From: Patescibacteria group bacterium
Lineage (GTDB): Bacteria > Patescibacteriota > Minisyncoccia > Minisyncoccales > PWPS01
DNA: 39,490 nt
NCBI GenBank assembly: GCA_051745165.1
Contig: JBNJDU010000004.1
Span: 1-39,490, forward strand
Direction: 5' to 3'
Shown: positions 24,265 to 32,615 of the stretch, piece after piece
How the letters are laid out: the number at the start of each line of letters is the position of its first letter
Position numbering within the stretch: the stretch's first letter is position 1
Notes under the pieces: generated by a model
Database searches by the model: none
What the model was told of the DNA's origin: nothing
The model's input: the letters and a program-made list of their open reading frames with translations, nothing else
Position numbers and translations under genes: made by a program

Positions 24265-27003
24265 ATGAATATGCCTCAAATGCCTGGTGCCAACTTTACG
24301 CACAAGGCACAGCAAGCAATACTTTTTTCGCAAAAGATTGCTGGAAAACAAAATAAGAAAAAAATATCGCCATTGCATTTACTTTACTCACTTCTTGCTC
24401 AAGAAGATTCTACTGTTAGCACTTTACTTGAAAAGAAAGGAGTTGATACTGACCAATTAAAAGTAAGAGTAGAAAACGCAATGGATAAAGGAGAAGATAT
24501 TATTTCTCCTAGCGAACAGTCAAGCCCTGGAAGAGGACAGTTTTTCCTTTCTCAGTCAATGGCTGCTGTTTTGAAAAAAGCTTCTGCGGAAGCTAAGGAG
24601 ATGGGTGATAAATATATGTCTGTTGAACATCTCTTTTTATCTCTCTTGCAAGTAGATTCTAATGCTAGAAATTTGATTGAATCGGCTGACTTTCTTCCTG
24701 CTCCAAAAGGAGGTCCGGAAGAACCAGATGAAGTTGATTTGAGCTATGATGGATTAAAAGAATCTTTAACTGAAATTAGAGGAGGAGAGAAGATTACCGA
24801 TCCGCAACCGGAATCAAAAATTCAAACAATTGAAAAGTATACTATCAACTTAACGGATTTAGCAAAAGAAGGAGAAACAGATCCGGTTATCGGAAGAGAT
24901 GAGGAAACTAGAAGATTAATGCAAGTACTTTCAAGAAGGACTAAAAATAATCCAGTATTAGTTGGTGAAGCGGGAGTAGGTAAGACAGCTATAGTAGAAG
25001 GGTTAGCTCAACGAATTGCTAAGAAACAAGTTCCTGAATCATTGAAAAATAAAGAAGTTATTTCTCTTGACTTAGGTTCTTTAGTTGCTGGAACTCGCTA
25101 CAGAGGTGAATTTGAAAATCGAATGAAGGCTTTAATGAAGGAAATTAAGAAGAATAAGGATAAGTATGTTCTTTTCATTGATGAGCTTCACACCTTAGTA
25201 GGAGCTGGAGCAGCAGAAGGATCAATCGATGCATCCAACTTACTCAAGCCAGATTTAGCTCGTGGAAAACTACGTGCGATTGGTGCTACTACTCAAAAAG
25301 AATATCAGAAGTATATTGAAAAAGATTCTGCACTAGAAAGAAGATTTCAACCAATTCAAGTTGATGAACCTACTGAAGAAGAGACAGTATTGATTTTAAG
25401 AGGAATTAAAGAAAAGTATGAGTTGCATCACGGAGTAAAGATTGATGACTCAGCACTTCAAGCGGCAGCTAAATTGTCTAACAAACATATTAATGATAGA
25501 CAGCTCCCCGACAAGGCAATCGACCTTATGGACGAAGCGATGAGTTCGCTTCGACTTGAAGTTGAATCGCAACCTAAAGAATTAGAAGATTTACGTAAAG
25601 AAATTCAAACTTTAGAAATTGAAAAACAAGCCCTAAAAGAAGGTGATGATGAGAAACGAAAAAAAGCAGTGGAGAGAGAATTAGCAGATCTTAAGGAAAA
25701 GGCCAATGATTTATCTGCTCGATGGAAAACGGAAAGAGAAACTATTGATCAAATTAAAGAACTCAAAGAGCAGATTGATCGATTAGAATACAAGGCAGAA
25801 AAAGCGGGTCAAGAAGCAGAATTAGAAAAAGTAGCAAAAATTAAATACGGAGAAATTCCAACTCTTAAGAAAAAACTACAAAAAGAAGAGAAAAAGCTAG
25901 CTAACATTCAAAAAGAAAGACCTATCTTGAAAGAAACTGTTTCTGAAGAAGATATTGCTGATGTTATTTCTAGATGGACTGGAATTCCTTCCAATAAACT
26001 TTTAGAAGAAGAAGCGAAGAAATTAAAGAGAATGGAAAAGATTATCTCTAAAAGAGTTATTGGTCAAGATAAAGCAATATCAGCAATCTCTAATGCAATT
26101 AGAAGATCAAGAGCTGGTGTTGCTGAAGAAGGAAAACCACTTGGATCATTCCTATTTTTAGGTCCAACGGGAGTAGGTAAAACAGAAACTGCTCGCGCTT
26201 TAGCTGAATTCTTATTTGATGATGAAGATGCAATGATTAGATTGGATATGTCTGAATATATGGAAAAACACTCTGTATCTAAAATGATTGGTGCTCCTCC
26301 TGGATATGTAGGCCATGATGATTCTGGACAACTAACCGAGCAAATTAGAAGAAAACCTTACAGTGTGGTACTTATTGATGAAATTGAAAAAGCTCACAAG
26401 GAAGTCTTCAATATGCTTCTTCAAGTGTTCGAAGACGGAAGACTTACCGACAATAAAGGAAGAGAAGTTTCTTTCAAAAATGCAATTATTGTTATGACTT
26501 CTAATGCTGGTTCAGAATATATTTCTGAATCCGGAAGTTTAGGATTTTCTGCAAAGGAAAGAAAAGAACAAAAAAGAGAAATGGTTGAAGAAAGTGTAAT
26601 GGACGAACTTAAAAAACAATTCCGACCAGAATTCTTAAATCGTATTGATGAGATTGTTGTCTTTAATCATCTTGAAATGGATCAGGTTAAAGAAATTGTC
26701 GGCCTTGAACTGGATAAAGTAAAAGAAAGAGTTATGTCTAATAGTGGAGTAAAGCTAGAGTTTAAAAACTCAGTAAAGAGACATTTAGCCGAAAAAGGAT
26801 TTGATCGAGATATGGGAGCAAGACCTTTAAAACGAAGAATTCAAAAAGATATTCTCAATCCACTTGCTGTTAAGCTTATTTCTGGAAATGTATTATCTGG
26901 AGAAAAGATAACAGTAAGAATTAGAGATGGTGAGATTGATTTTGAAACGCCTCAAGAAGTAAGAGAGGGTAAGCCAGCCCAAAAGGAAGCATTGGTAAAG
27001 TAA
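24265..27003 (+). CDS. clpB: ATP-dependent chaperone ClpB
   Basis: 912 aa with a Clp N-domain, two AAA+ modules ([18 protein letters not shown]) and a long middle coiled-coil. Confidence 0.95.
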   Translation: MNMPQMPGANFTHKAQQAILFSQKIAGKQNKKKISPLHLLYSLLAQEDSTVSTLLEKKGVDTDQLKVRVENAMDKGEDIISPSEQSSPGRGQFFLSQSMAAVLKKASAEAKEMGDKYMSVEHLFLSLLQVDSNARNLIESADFLPAPKGGPEEPDEVDLSYDGLKESLTEIRGGEKITDPQPESKIQTIEKYTINLTDLAKEGETDPVIGRDEETRRLMQVLSRRTKNNPVLVGEAGVGKTAIVEGLAQRIAKKQVPESLKNKEVISLDLGSLVAGTRYRGEFENRMKALMKEIKKNKDKYVLFIDELHTLVGAGAAEGSIDASNLLKPDLARGKLRAIGATTQKEYQKYIEKDSALERRFQPIQVDEPTEEETVLILRGIKEKYELHHGVKIDDSALQAAAKLSNKHINDRQLPDKAIDLMDEAMSSLRLEVESQPKELEDLRKEIQTLEIEKQALKEGDDEKRKKAVERELADLKEKANDLSARWKTERETIDQIKELKEQIDRLEYKAEKAGQEAELEKVAKIKYGEIPTLKKKLQKEEKKLANIQKERPILKETVSEEDIADVISRWTGIPSNKLLEEEAKKLKRMEKIISKRVIGQDKAISAISNAIRRSRAGVAEEGKPLGSFLFLGPTGVGKTETARALAEFLFDDEDAMIRLDMSEYMEKHSVSKMIGAPPGYVGHDDSGQLTEQIRRKPYSVVLIDEIEKAHKEVFNMLLQVFEDGRLTDNKGREVSFKNAIIVMTSNAGSEYISESGSLGFSAKERKEQKREMVEESVMDELKKQFRPEFLNRIDEIVVFNHLEMDQVKEIVGLELDKVKERVMSNSGVKLEFKNSVKRHLAEKGFDRDMGARPLKRRIQKDILNPLAVKLISGNVLSGEKITVRIRDGEIDFETPQEVREGKPAQKEALVK

Positions 27004-27023
27004 ATCTTTAAAAGAAAGCAAAA

Positions 27024-27046
27024 GCCCGCCACTCGGCGGGCTTTTT
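27024..27046 (+). terminator. Intrinsic terminator after clpB
   Basis: Stem GCCCGCC / GGCGGGC with an ACTC loop and a T5 run. Confidence 0.9.
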
Positions 27047-27055
27047 ATATATACT

Positions 27056-27130
27056 GTCATTCTAAGCTTATATTTCTAGTCATTCTGAGGGTATATAAAC
27101 TGTCATTCTGAGGCCGCAGGCCGAAGAATC
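27056..27130 (+). repeat. Three direct GTCATTCT(A/G)AG repeats at 23-nt spacing; the last forms a hairpin with CCGAAGAAT
   Basis: GTCATTCT starts at 27056, 27079 and 27102. ATTCTGAGGCC-GCA-GGCCGAAGAAT (27105-27129) is an imperfect palindrome with a central tandem G/A mismatch. Confidence 0.7.
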
Positions 27131-27174
27131 CCTATCAAAAAAACACAGACCTTATTTTATAACCTTTAGTGAAA

Positions 27175-27393
27175 AACACCTCTTACAAGAAACTCTCGCA
27201 GAAAAATTGGCATGGTTTTCAGTTTACTGAAACAATTTTCCGAGAGCGTAAGATCCAAATCATCGCTGGATGATTTGAGATGTGGTTCTTGTAAAGAGGT
27301 GTTCAAACTTACCGCACAATCTCCGAATCGTCGCTGGCGATTCTTGAGAATTGGTTTTCAAGAAGTAATACCCGAGCATACTTGGTAGAGATT
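27175..27393 (+). ncRNA. Candidate structured RNA element, copy B (long form with two modules)
   Basis: A 17-bp closing helix (27175-27191 / 27286-27303, one bulge) encloses nested helices. There are two TCGCTGG-loop hairpins, and the unpaired motifs are shared with copy A. Strand is tentative. Confidence 0.4.
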
Positions 27394-27483
27394 CCACAAA
27401 ACCAAAATAAAACACCCCCTAAAAAGCCTAAGTCGCAGTTTCTATAAAATAGTAGGTGAATGAATTGAAATTAGTTATTTTTT

Positions 27484-28092
27484 ATGCAACAATTAACCAA
27501 AGAGAAACAAAAATTTATGAAAGAAATAAAACAAAATTTAAAGGACTTATTAGAAAAAGAGGGTGTTATGCGGGGAGAGGTTATCCTTAATCATATTAAC
27601 TTTATTAGAGATAAAGAAGGAGATGATGGAGTGCAAAGATTAAAAAGCTCTTTCCAAGAATTAGATTATTCTCTAGATTTAGATATAGATCCAATGGATT
27701 GGGAAAAGGTTTCTATAGGTTCAGCAATTACTGTCTTAGCTAATGATATATTTGAATGGGAAAAGGAAGATGTTAAAGATATGGGAAGATTTGCTGCAAA
27801 AACATTAACTACAAACAAGTTAATGCTTAGAGAAATTCCTGATTTGGACGCATTACTTAACAGAGTAAATGATTATTGGAAAGCAGTTATTGATGTTGGA
27901 GAGCTTTCTGTTGAAAGTTCAAAAAAAGGAGAGGCTAAGTTAACGCTAAAAGGGTTTAACTATCATCCTCTGGACTTTATATTTATTTCTGGCTATATTG
28001 AAGTAATTTTTGATTTATTTACTAAAGAAAAAGCCTCTATAGAATATAATTTAGAAGGTAAAAATTGTAATTTTTTAATAACTTGGAACTAA
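27484..28092 (+). CDS. Hypothetical cytoplasmic protein (202 aa), first gene of the efflux operon
   Basis: The ORF ends 1 nt before the adaptor gene. No family recognised with confidence; any ligand-binding (V4R/H-NOX-like) assignment would be speculation. Confidence 0.5.
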   Translation: MQQLTKEKQKFMKEIKQNLKDLLEKEGVMRGEVILNHINFIRDKEGDDGVQRLKSSFQELDYSLDLDIDPMDWEKVSIGSAITVLANDIFEWEKEDVKDMGRFAAKTLTTNKLMLREIPDLDALLNRVNDYWKAVIDVGELSVESSKKGEAKLTLKGFNYHPLDFIFISGYIEVIFDLFTKEKASIEYNLEGKNCNFLITWN

Positions 28093-28093
28093 A

Positions 28094-29689
28094 ATGAAAA
28101 AGAAAATAATAATTGGATTAATAATATTAGCAGTAATTACTGGACTTTTCTTTCTGCTTAGAAATGGCGATCCAGAACGAGAAAGTACAGTTGTAGAAGA
28201 AAGAGAATTAATTGAAGAAGTTTTTGAAACCGGAACGGTAAAGTCTGGAGATAATATAAATCTCTCTTTTCAATCTGGAGGAACTATTGAACGGATTCCT
28301 GTTTCTGAAGGGCAAGATATTTCTAAAGGCGATTTAGTTGCCTCTTTAGACAAACAAGATCTTGTAAATCAAAGAAATAAAGCAGCTCAACAATTAATTG
28401 CTGCCGAAGCAGAATTAGAATCAGTACAACAAGGAGGAAGAGAGGAAGAGATTGACTCTTTAGAGAATAGATTAGAAGAAGCCGAGGAGTCTGTGAAACT
28501 TGCAGAAAAATCTCTACAAGAAGCAGAAGACTCTCAAGAAACTAATTTGCAAAACACTTATTCCGGAACACCTTCTTTAGTAAATAGAGCTTATCTTTTA
28601 TCCAAAAGCGTTAAGGATGAATATAAAGATATAAGAGATCAGTATTTTGTTGGGTTTTATCTTTCTGATACTTATGTAGCTAGGAGAGCAATAGGTGATA
28701 TAGAAGATAGTTATGAAGATTTAAGAGATATTTCTAGGAGTTTGGAAACTTCTTCTAGCTTTAATCAAATGGCTAAAGGTCTAAACCAGGCAGAAGAAAC
28801 ATTTACTGTTATTGAAAATTCTATAGAAACTGTTATTGAAGTTTCAGAAATTGATTTTTACGAAAGAAGATTTACCGAAGAAACTAATCAGTATTTATGG
28901 GATTCAAAAGAAAAAGTTTCTGAAATGAAATCTAATATTGTAGGTAAAAAAGGAGAAATTGAATCTACTGAAGACTCGACTGAATCTGCTATTACAACTG
29001 CTGAAAGCAACTTAGCTTCTGCAAAATCAAAAAGAAATGAACTTAAAGACAACTTGGATCAAATGAAGCTTGGCGGTAGAGATTCACAAGTCAGAGCAGC
29101 TGAAGCAAATGTAGAAGTGGCAAAAGAAGACCTTGAATTAGCAAATAGAAACCTGCAAAGAGGGGATCTTTACTCTCCAGCAAGCGGAAAGGTTTCAAAG
29201 ATTCATTACACTGAAGGTGAAAAAGCTCAAGCTCAGAGTCCCGTTGTTACTGTTTTAGGTGAAGAACAATACCATTTAGAAGTAAATATTTATGAAGGAG
29301 ACATAGTGGGAGTAGAAGTAGGTGATCCGGTTACAATTGAATTAGTTCCTTTCTCTAACCAAGAATTTTCAGGTGAGGTTACTTCAATCCAAGAAACAGG
29401 AGAACTAATTGAAGGAGTTGTTTATTACGAAACTAAAATTAGCATTGACAATCCTCCGGAAAAGATAATGCCCGAAATGACTGCCGATACCACTATTCAA
29501 ACTAATAAAATTGAAGCTCTCTCTTTACCTAGAGAAGCAATAAGAAGAGATGGGTCCAAAAGATTTGTAAGGGTTTTAGAAGATGGTGAGGAGGTAGAAA
29601 AAGATATAGAAGTTGGAATAACTGATGCTTATGGATATGTAGAAATAAAATCAGGACTCTCCGCAGGAGACGAAGTATTGATTGATTAA
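28094..29689 (+). CDS. HlyD/MacA-family periplasmic adaptor (membrane fusion) protein
   Basis: N-terminal TM anchor, biotinyl-lipoyl-like half motifs (GTIERIPVSEGQDISKGDLVASLD ... LYSPASGKVSKIHYTEGE), and a long coiled-coil insert. Confidence 0.85.
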   Translation: MKKKIIIGLIILAVITGLFFLLRNGDPERESTVVEERELIEEVFETGTVKSGDNINLSFQSGGTIERIPVSEGQDISKGDLVASLDKQDLVNQRNKAAQQLIAAEAELESVQQGGREEEIDSLENRLEEAEESVKLAEKSLQEAEDSQETNLQNTYSGTPSLVNRAYLLSKSVKDEYKDIRDQYFVGFYLSDTYVARRAIGDIEDSYEDLRDISRSLETSSSFNQMAKGLNQAEETFTVIENSIETVIEVSEIDFYERRFTEETNQYLWDSKEKVSEMKSNIVGKKGEIESTEDSTESAITTAESNLASAKSKRNELKDNLDQMKLGGRDSQVRAAEANVEVAKEDLELANRNLQRGDLYSPASGKVSKIHYTEGEKAQAQSPVVTVLGEEQYHLEVNIYEGDIVGVEVGDPVTIELVPFSNQEFSGEVTSIQETGELIEGVVYYETKISIDNPPEKIMPEMTADTTIQTNKIEALSLPREAIRRDGSKRFVRVLEDGEEVEKDIEVGITDAYGYVEIKSGLSAGDEVLID

Positions 29690-30389
29690 AAATATGGCAA
29701 AACCACAGATACAATTAAAAAAAGTTTGGAAGACTTATCAAGTAGGCAAGATTAATTTAGAGGTTTTGAAAGGTGTTGATTTAGAAATAGAAAAAGGTGA
29801 GTTTATAGTTCTTCTAGGTCCTAGTGGATCAGGTAAATCTACTCTTTTAAATATAATGAGTTGTCTTGATGTGCCCAGCAAGGGGCATGTTTACTTAGAT
29901 GGTCAAGATGTATCACTTTTAAGTGAAGATGAGCTTGCCGAGGTTAGAGGTAGAAAAATTGGTTTTGTGTTTCAACAATTTAATTTATTGCATCACCTTT
30001 CTGCTCTGGAAAACGTAACTATGCCTGCCGTCTTTCAAAAAATGGATGAAAAGGAAAGAAAAAGAAGAGCTAATGATTTATTAGACTCAATGGGTTTGAA
30101 AGATAGAGTTGATCACACCCCCAACGAACTTTCTGGAGGAGAAAAGCAAAGAGTAGCTATTGCTCGTAGTTTGATTAATGATCCTGAAATTGTAGTTGCT
30201 GATGAGCCTACCGGAGAAGTGGATACTAAAACCGGTGAAAAAATTATGAAAATATTCACCGATCTTCATGATGAAGGAAGAACCATAATTATTGTTACTC
30301 ATGATGTGGAGCTAGTTAATTACGCAACAAGAGTAATTAGAATTAGAGATGGAGAATTAGAACCGGAAAAACAACAAAAAAATGATTGA
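29682..30389 (+). CDS. ABC transporter ATP-binding protein (MacB/LolD-like)
   Basis: Walker A GPSGSGKST, signature LSGGEKQRVAIARSL, Walker B IVVADEPTG. An alternative start is the ATG at 29694. Confidence 0.92.
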   Translation: MIKNMAKPQIQLKKVWKTYQVGKINLEVLKGVDLEIEKGEFIVLLGPSGSGKSTLLNIMSCLDVPSKGHVYLDGQDVSLLSEDELAEVRGRKIGFVFQQFNLLHHLSALENVTMPAVFQKMDEKERKRRANDLLDSMGLKDRVDHTPNELSGGEKQRVAIARSLINDPEIVVADEPTGEVDTKTGEKIMKIFTDLHDEGRTIIIVTHDVELVNYATRVIRIRDGELEPEKQQKND

Positions 30390-31593
30390 GTATTTTAAAT
30401 TAGCTTATAGAAATATTAAAAAAAGAGCCCTTCGCAGTTGGCTGACTATTTTAGGTATTATAATTGGTGTATTTTTAGTAGTATCACTTCTTTCTTTATC
30501 CGAAGGATTGAATAATGCAGTAATGGGTCAGCTTCAAGCTGTAGGAACTGATATTGTAATGATAATGCCTGGTAGTGGTGGCTTAGACGCTACTTCTTTT
30601 GTTGGTGGAGCAGAACTTAAAGACAGACACATCCAGGCCATAGAAAGGACTAGAGGAGTGGAGGTTGTTCTTGAAATGCCTTACACCGCACAAACTCTTC
30701 GCTTTCGAGATAGAACAGAAACTAATTTAGTTACGGGACTGGATATGCAAGATGGATTAGATATGGCAATAAATGATATGGGGTTTGAGATAAGAGAAGG
30801 AGAGTTTCCTAGACCGGGAAGAAGAGAAGTTCTCTTGGGTCACTTAGTGCCTAGAGATACTTTTCCGGATATTGAACCGGGAGATCAAATAACCGCTAGT
30901 GGAAGAAAGTTTACCGTTGCTGGAATTCTGAAGTCTTTAGGAAATAACCAAGATGATAATTCAATAATTTTTGATCTTGAAGATTATAGGGATGTAACCG
31001 ACACTACTGAAGGAACACCCGTAGCTGTTGCTCGCGTGGAAGAAGGGCAAGATGTTAATCGAGTAGTAGCTAATATTGAAAGGTCACTGGATGAAGTAGG
31101 GAAGAGAAAAAGAGGCGAAGATTCCCCCAGCTTTTCAGTTATGAGTAGTGAGGCAATGATTGAAATGGTAGAGTCTATTTTAGGGTTAATTCAAGCCGGA
31201 ATTATTGCTTTTGCCAGTATTGCTATTATTGTTGGGGCAATTGGTATTATGAACACAATGTTTACTTCCGTTAGAGAAAGAACTAAAGAAATCGGAGTTC
31301 TAAAAGCAGTCGGAGCGAAGAAAAAACACATTCACTCTATATTTTTAGTTGAATCGGGAATGATCGGATTAGTCGGAGGAACATTAGGAATTATTTTAGG
31401 GATAGGTTTCGCTAAATTAGGAGAGATAGCGATTGCCCAAGCAGGAATTGGACTTACTCTGGAAGCTCATTTCTCTGTAAATATGATACTTATCACTTTG
31501 TTTTTCAGTTTTCTTTTAGGTTGCGGTAGTGGATATTTTCCAGCTAAAAAAGCAGCCAAACTTAATCCGGTAGATGCTTTAATGTATGAATAA
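30382..31593 (+). CDS. ABC transporter permease, FtsX/MacB type
   Basis: TM1, a large extracytoplasmic domain, and three C-terminal TM helices with the RTKEIGVLKAVGA motif. Confidence 0.88.
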   Translation: MIEYFKLAYRNIKKRALRSWLTILGIIIGVFLVVSLLSLSEGLNNAVMGQLQAVGTDIVMIMPGSGGLDATSFVGGAELKDRHIQAIERTRGVEVVLEMPYTAQTLRFRDRTETNLVTGLDMQDGLDMAINDMGFEIREGEFPRPGRREVLLGHLVPRDTFPDIEPGDQITASGRKFTVAGILKSLGNNQDDNSIIFDLEDYRDVTDTTEGTPVAVARVEEGQDVNRVVANIERSLDEVGKRKRGEDSPSFSVMSSEAMIEMVESILGLIQAGIIAFASIAIIVGAIGIMNTMFTSVRERTKEIGVLKAVGAKKKHIHSIFLVESGMIGLVGGTLGIILGIGFAKLGEIAIAQAGIGLTLEAHFSVNMILITLFFSFLLGCGSGYFPAKKAAKLNPVDALMYE

Positions 31594-31659
31594 ATGCGAA
31601 GAATATTACTTCTGAAAAGTTCTCGGAAAGGATTTAGCACAGTTTATTTTGAGGGATAT

Positions 31660-31718
31660 CTCTTGCAAGAAACTCTCGCAGGTGATTTAGCAATTTTAAC
31701 TATGCGCGAGCATACTTG
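31660..31718 (+). ncRNA. Short (internally deleted?) member of the structured element family, copy C
   Basis: 21/22 nt identity to 27180-27201; 10/10 (TGATTTAGCA) to 7602-7611; 12/12 (CGAGCATACTTG) to 27373-27384. The ends can pair (CAAG/CTTG, CTCGC/GCGAG). Confidence 0.3.
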
Positions 31719-31730
31719 ATAAATATATAT

Positions 31731-31757
31731 AAAAAAAGCCCGGTTTTCCGGGCTTTT
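31731..31757. terminator. Bidirectional intrinsic terminator
   Basis: An A7 run, stem AGCCCGG / CCGGGCT with a TTTT loop, and a T4 run. It serves the ABC operon (+) and the small ORF (-). Confidence 0.85.
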
Positions 31758-31771
31758 GCTTTTGAGTGACA

Positions 31772-31858
31772 CTAATTTCTAACCTTTTTCTTAGGTAATT
31801 GCTTCTTTTTAATACTAATCAACTTCTCTGTTAGCTTACCTACATCTTTTTTGGTCAT
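31772..31858 (-). CDS. Small basic peptide (28 aa, MTKKDVGKLTEKLISIKKKQLPKKKVRN); not in the ORF track
   Basis: Strong SD AAAAGGAGG lies 7 nt upstream of the ATG. It has its own promoter, a 5' hairpin and a terminator. Confidence 0.45.
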   Translation of the reverse strand: MTKKDVGKLTEKLISIKKKQLPKKKVRN

Positions 31859-31931
31859 TCAATAACCTCCTTTTAGTGTAATTGGTCGGGATGCGAAGAA
31901 TTGAACTCCCCATCCCGATAATGTAATGATT

Positions 31932-31960
31932 ATTTTACATTAAAATTAATTAATTGTCAA
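31932..31960 (-). promoter_or_regulatory. Sigma70-like promoter (TTGACA-17-TAAAAT) on the minus strand
   Basis: On the minus strand, TTGACA is at 31960-31955 and TAAAAT at 31937-31932. An 8-bp hairpin (31886-31918) follows, then the SD. Confidence 0.5.
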
Positions 31961-31974
31961 AAAATTTATGTTAT

Positions 31975-32610
31975 TTATTTTGCTTTTCTTTTGAGTGTGT
32001 TGTAAATTATTTGGATAAACATCTTAACGTGAGCATAAAAGCCCTTTATGGGGCTAATTTTTTCTGTTTTTTTATATTGATCTAGATTAGGCAGGGTTAT
32101 TGTTTTTACTCGCCCCATCTTTTTAGCTTTTTCATAAATTAAGTAATCTATTTCATAACCGTCTTTTAACTTTTCTTTTTCTACCTTTTCCCATATCTTT
32201 TTATCCATTAATCTAACTCCAGCGATTAAACCCTCTAGATTTTTAGTTATTCCACTTATATCTCCACGATCCAAGACACCACTTACTAAAATATTATTTT
32301 TATACTTACTAACCAATTGATTTATATGGTCAGTGGTGAAGTTTTTTAAATCAGCATCAACAATTAAAAAGGGATTTGATTCGACGTGCTTTACTCCCGT
32401 AGTCAAAGCAGCTCCCTTTCCTTTGTTTTCAGGGTGAGAAATTAATTTATCTACCTTTAATCGTTTTGCTTCTAAGTAGGTATTATCTGTTGAACCATCA
32501 TCAACAACTATAATAGAGCTTATTTTTTTACAACTTTGTAAGGTTTTTATTATATTTGAGATTCTTCCTTCTTCGTTATAAGCAGGAATTATTACATCTA
32601 TATTTTCCAT
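31975..32610 (-). CDS. Family 2 glycosyltransferase
   Basis: GT-A motifs: VIIPAYNEE, VVDDGSTDNT, NKGKGAAL, and VDADL (DxD). Confidence 0.85.
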   Translation of the reverse strand: MENIDVIIPAYNEEGRISNIIKTLQSCKKISSIIVVDDGSTDNTYLEAKRLKVDKLISHPENKGKGAALTTGVKHVESNPFLIVDADLKNFTTDHINQLVSKYKNNILVSGVLDRGDISGITKNLEGLIAGVRLMDKKIWEKVEKEKLKDGYEIDYLIYEKAKKMGRVKTITLPNLDQYKKTEKISPIKGFYAHVKMFIQIIYNTLKRKAK

Positions 32611-32615
32611 TTGTT

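Noticed and set aside
27056-27130. A CRISPR array
   Set aside because: There are only three 11-12 nt repeats at 23-nt spacing, far shorter than CRISPR repeats and spacers, and no cas genes are in the window.
29529-30302. Minus-strand ORFs 29529..29714 and 30087..30302
   Set aside because: They are antisense to the HlyD-like adaptor and ABC ATPase genes, so they are shadow ORFs.
31886-31918. A tRNA-like T-arm (minus strand GGGAGTTCAATTCTTC)
   Set aside because: Only a single 8-bp hairpin with a 17-nt loop is present. There is no acceptor, D or anticodon arm, and no 70-90 nt cloverleaf can be drawn. It fits better as a 5' UTR hairpin of the small ORF.
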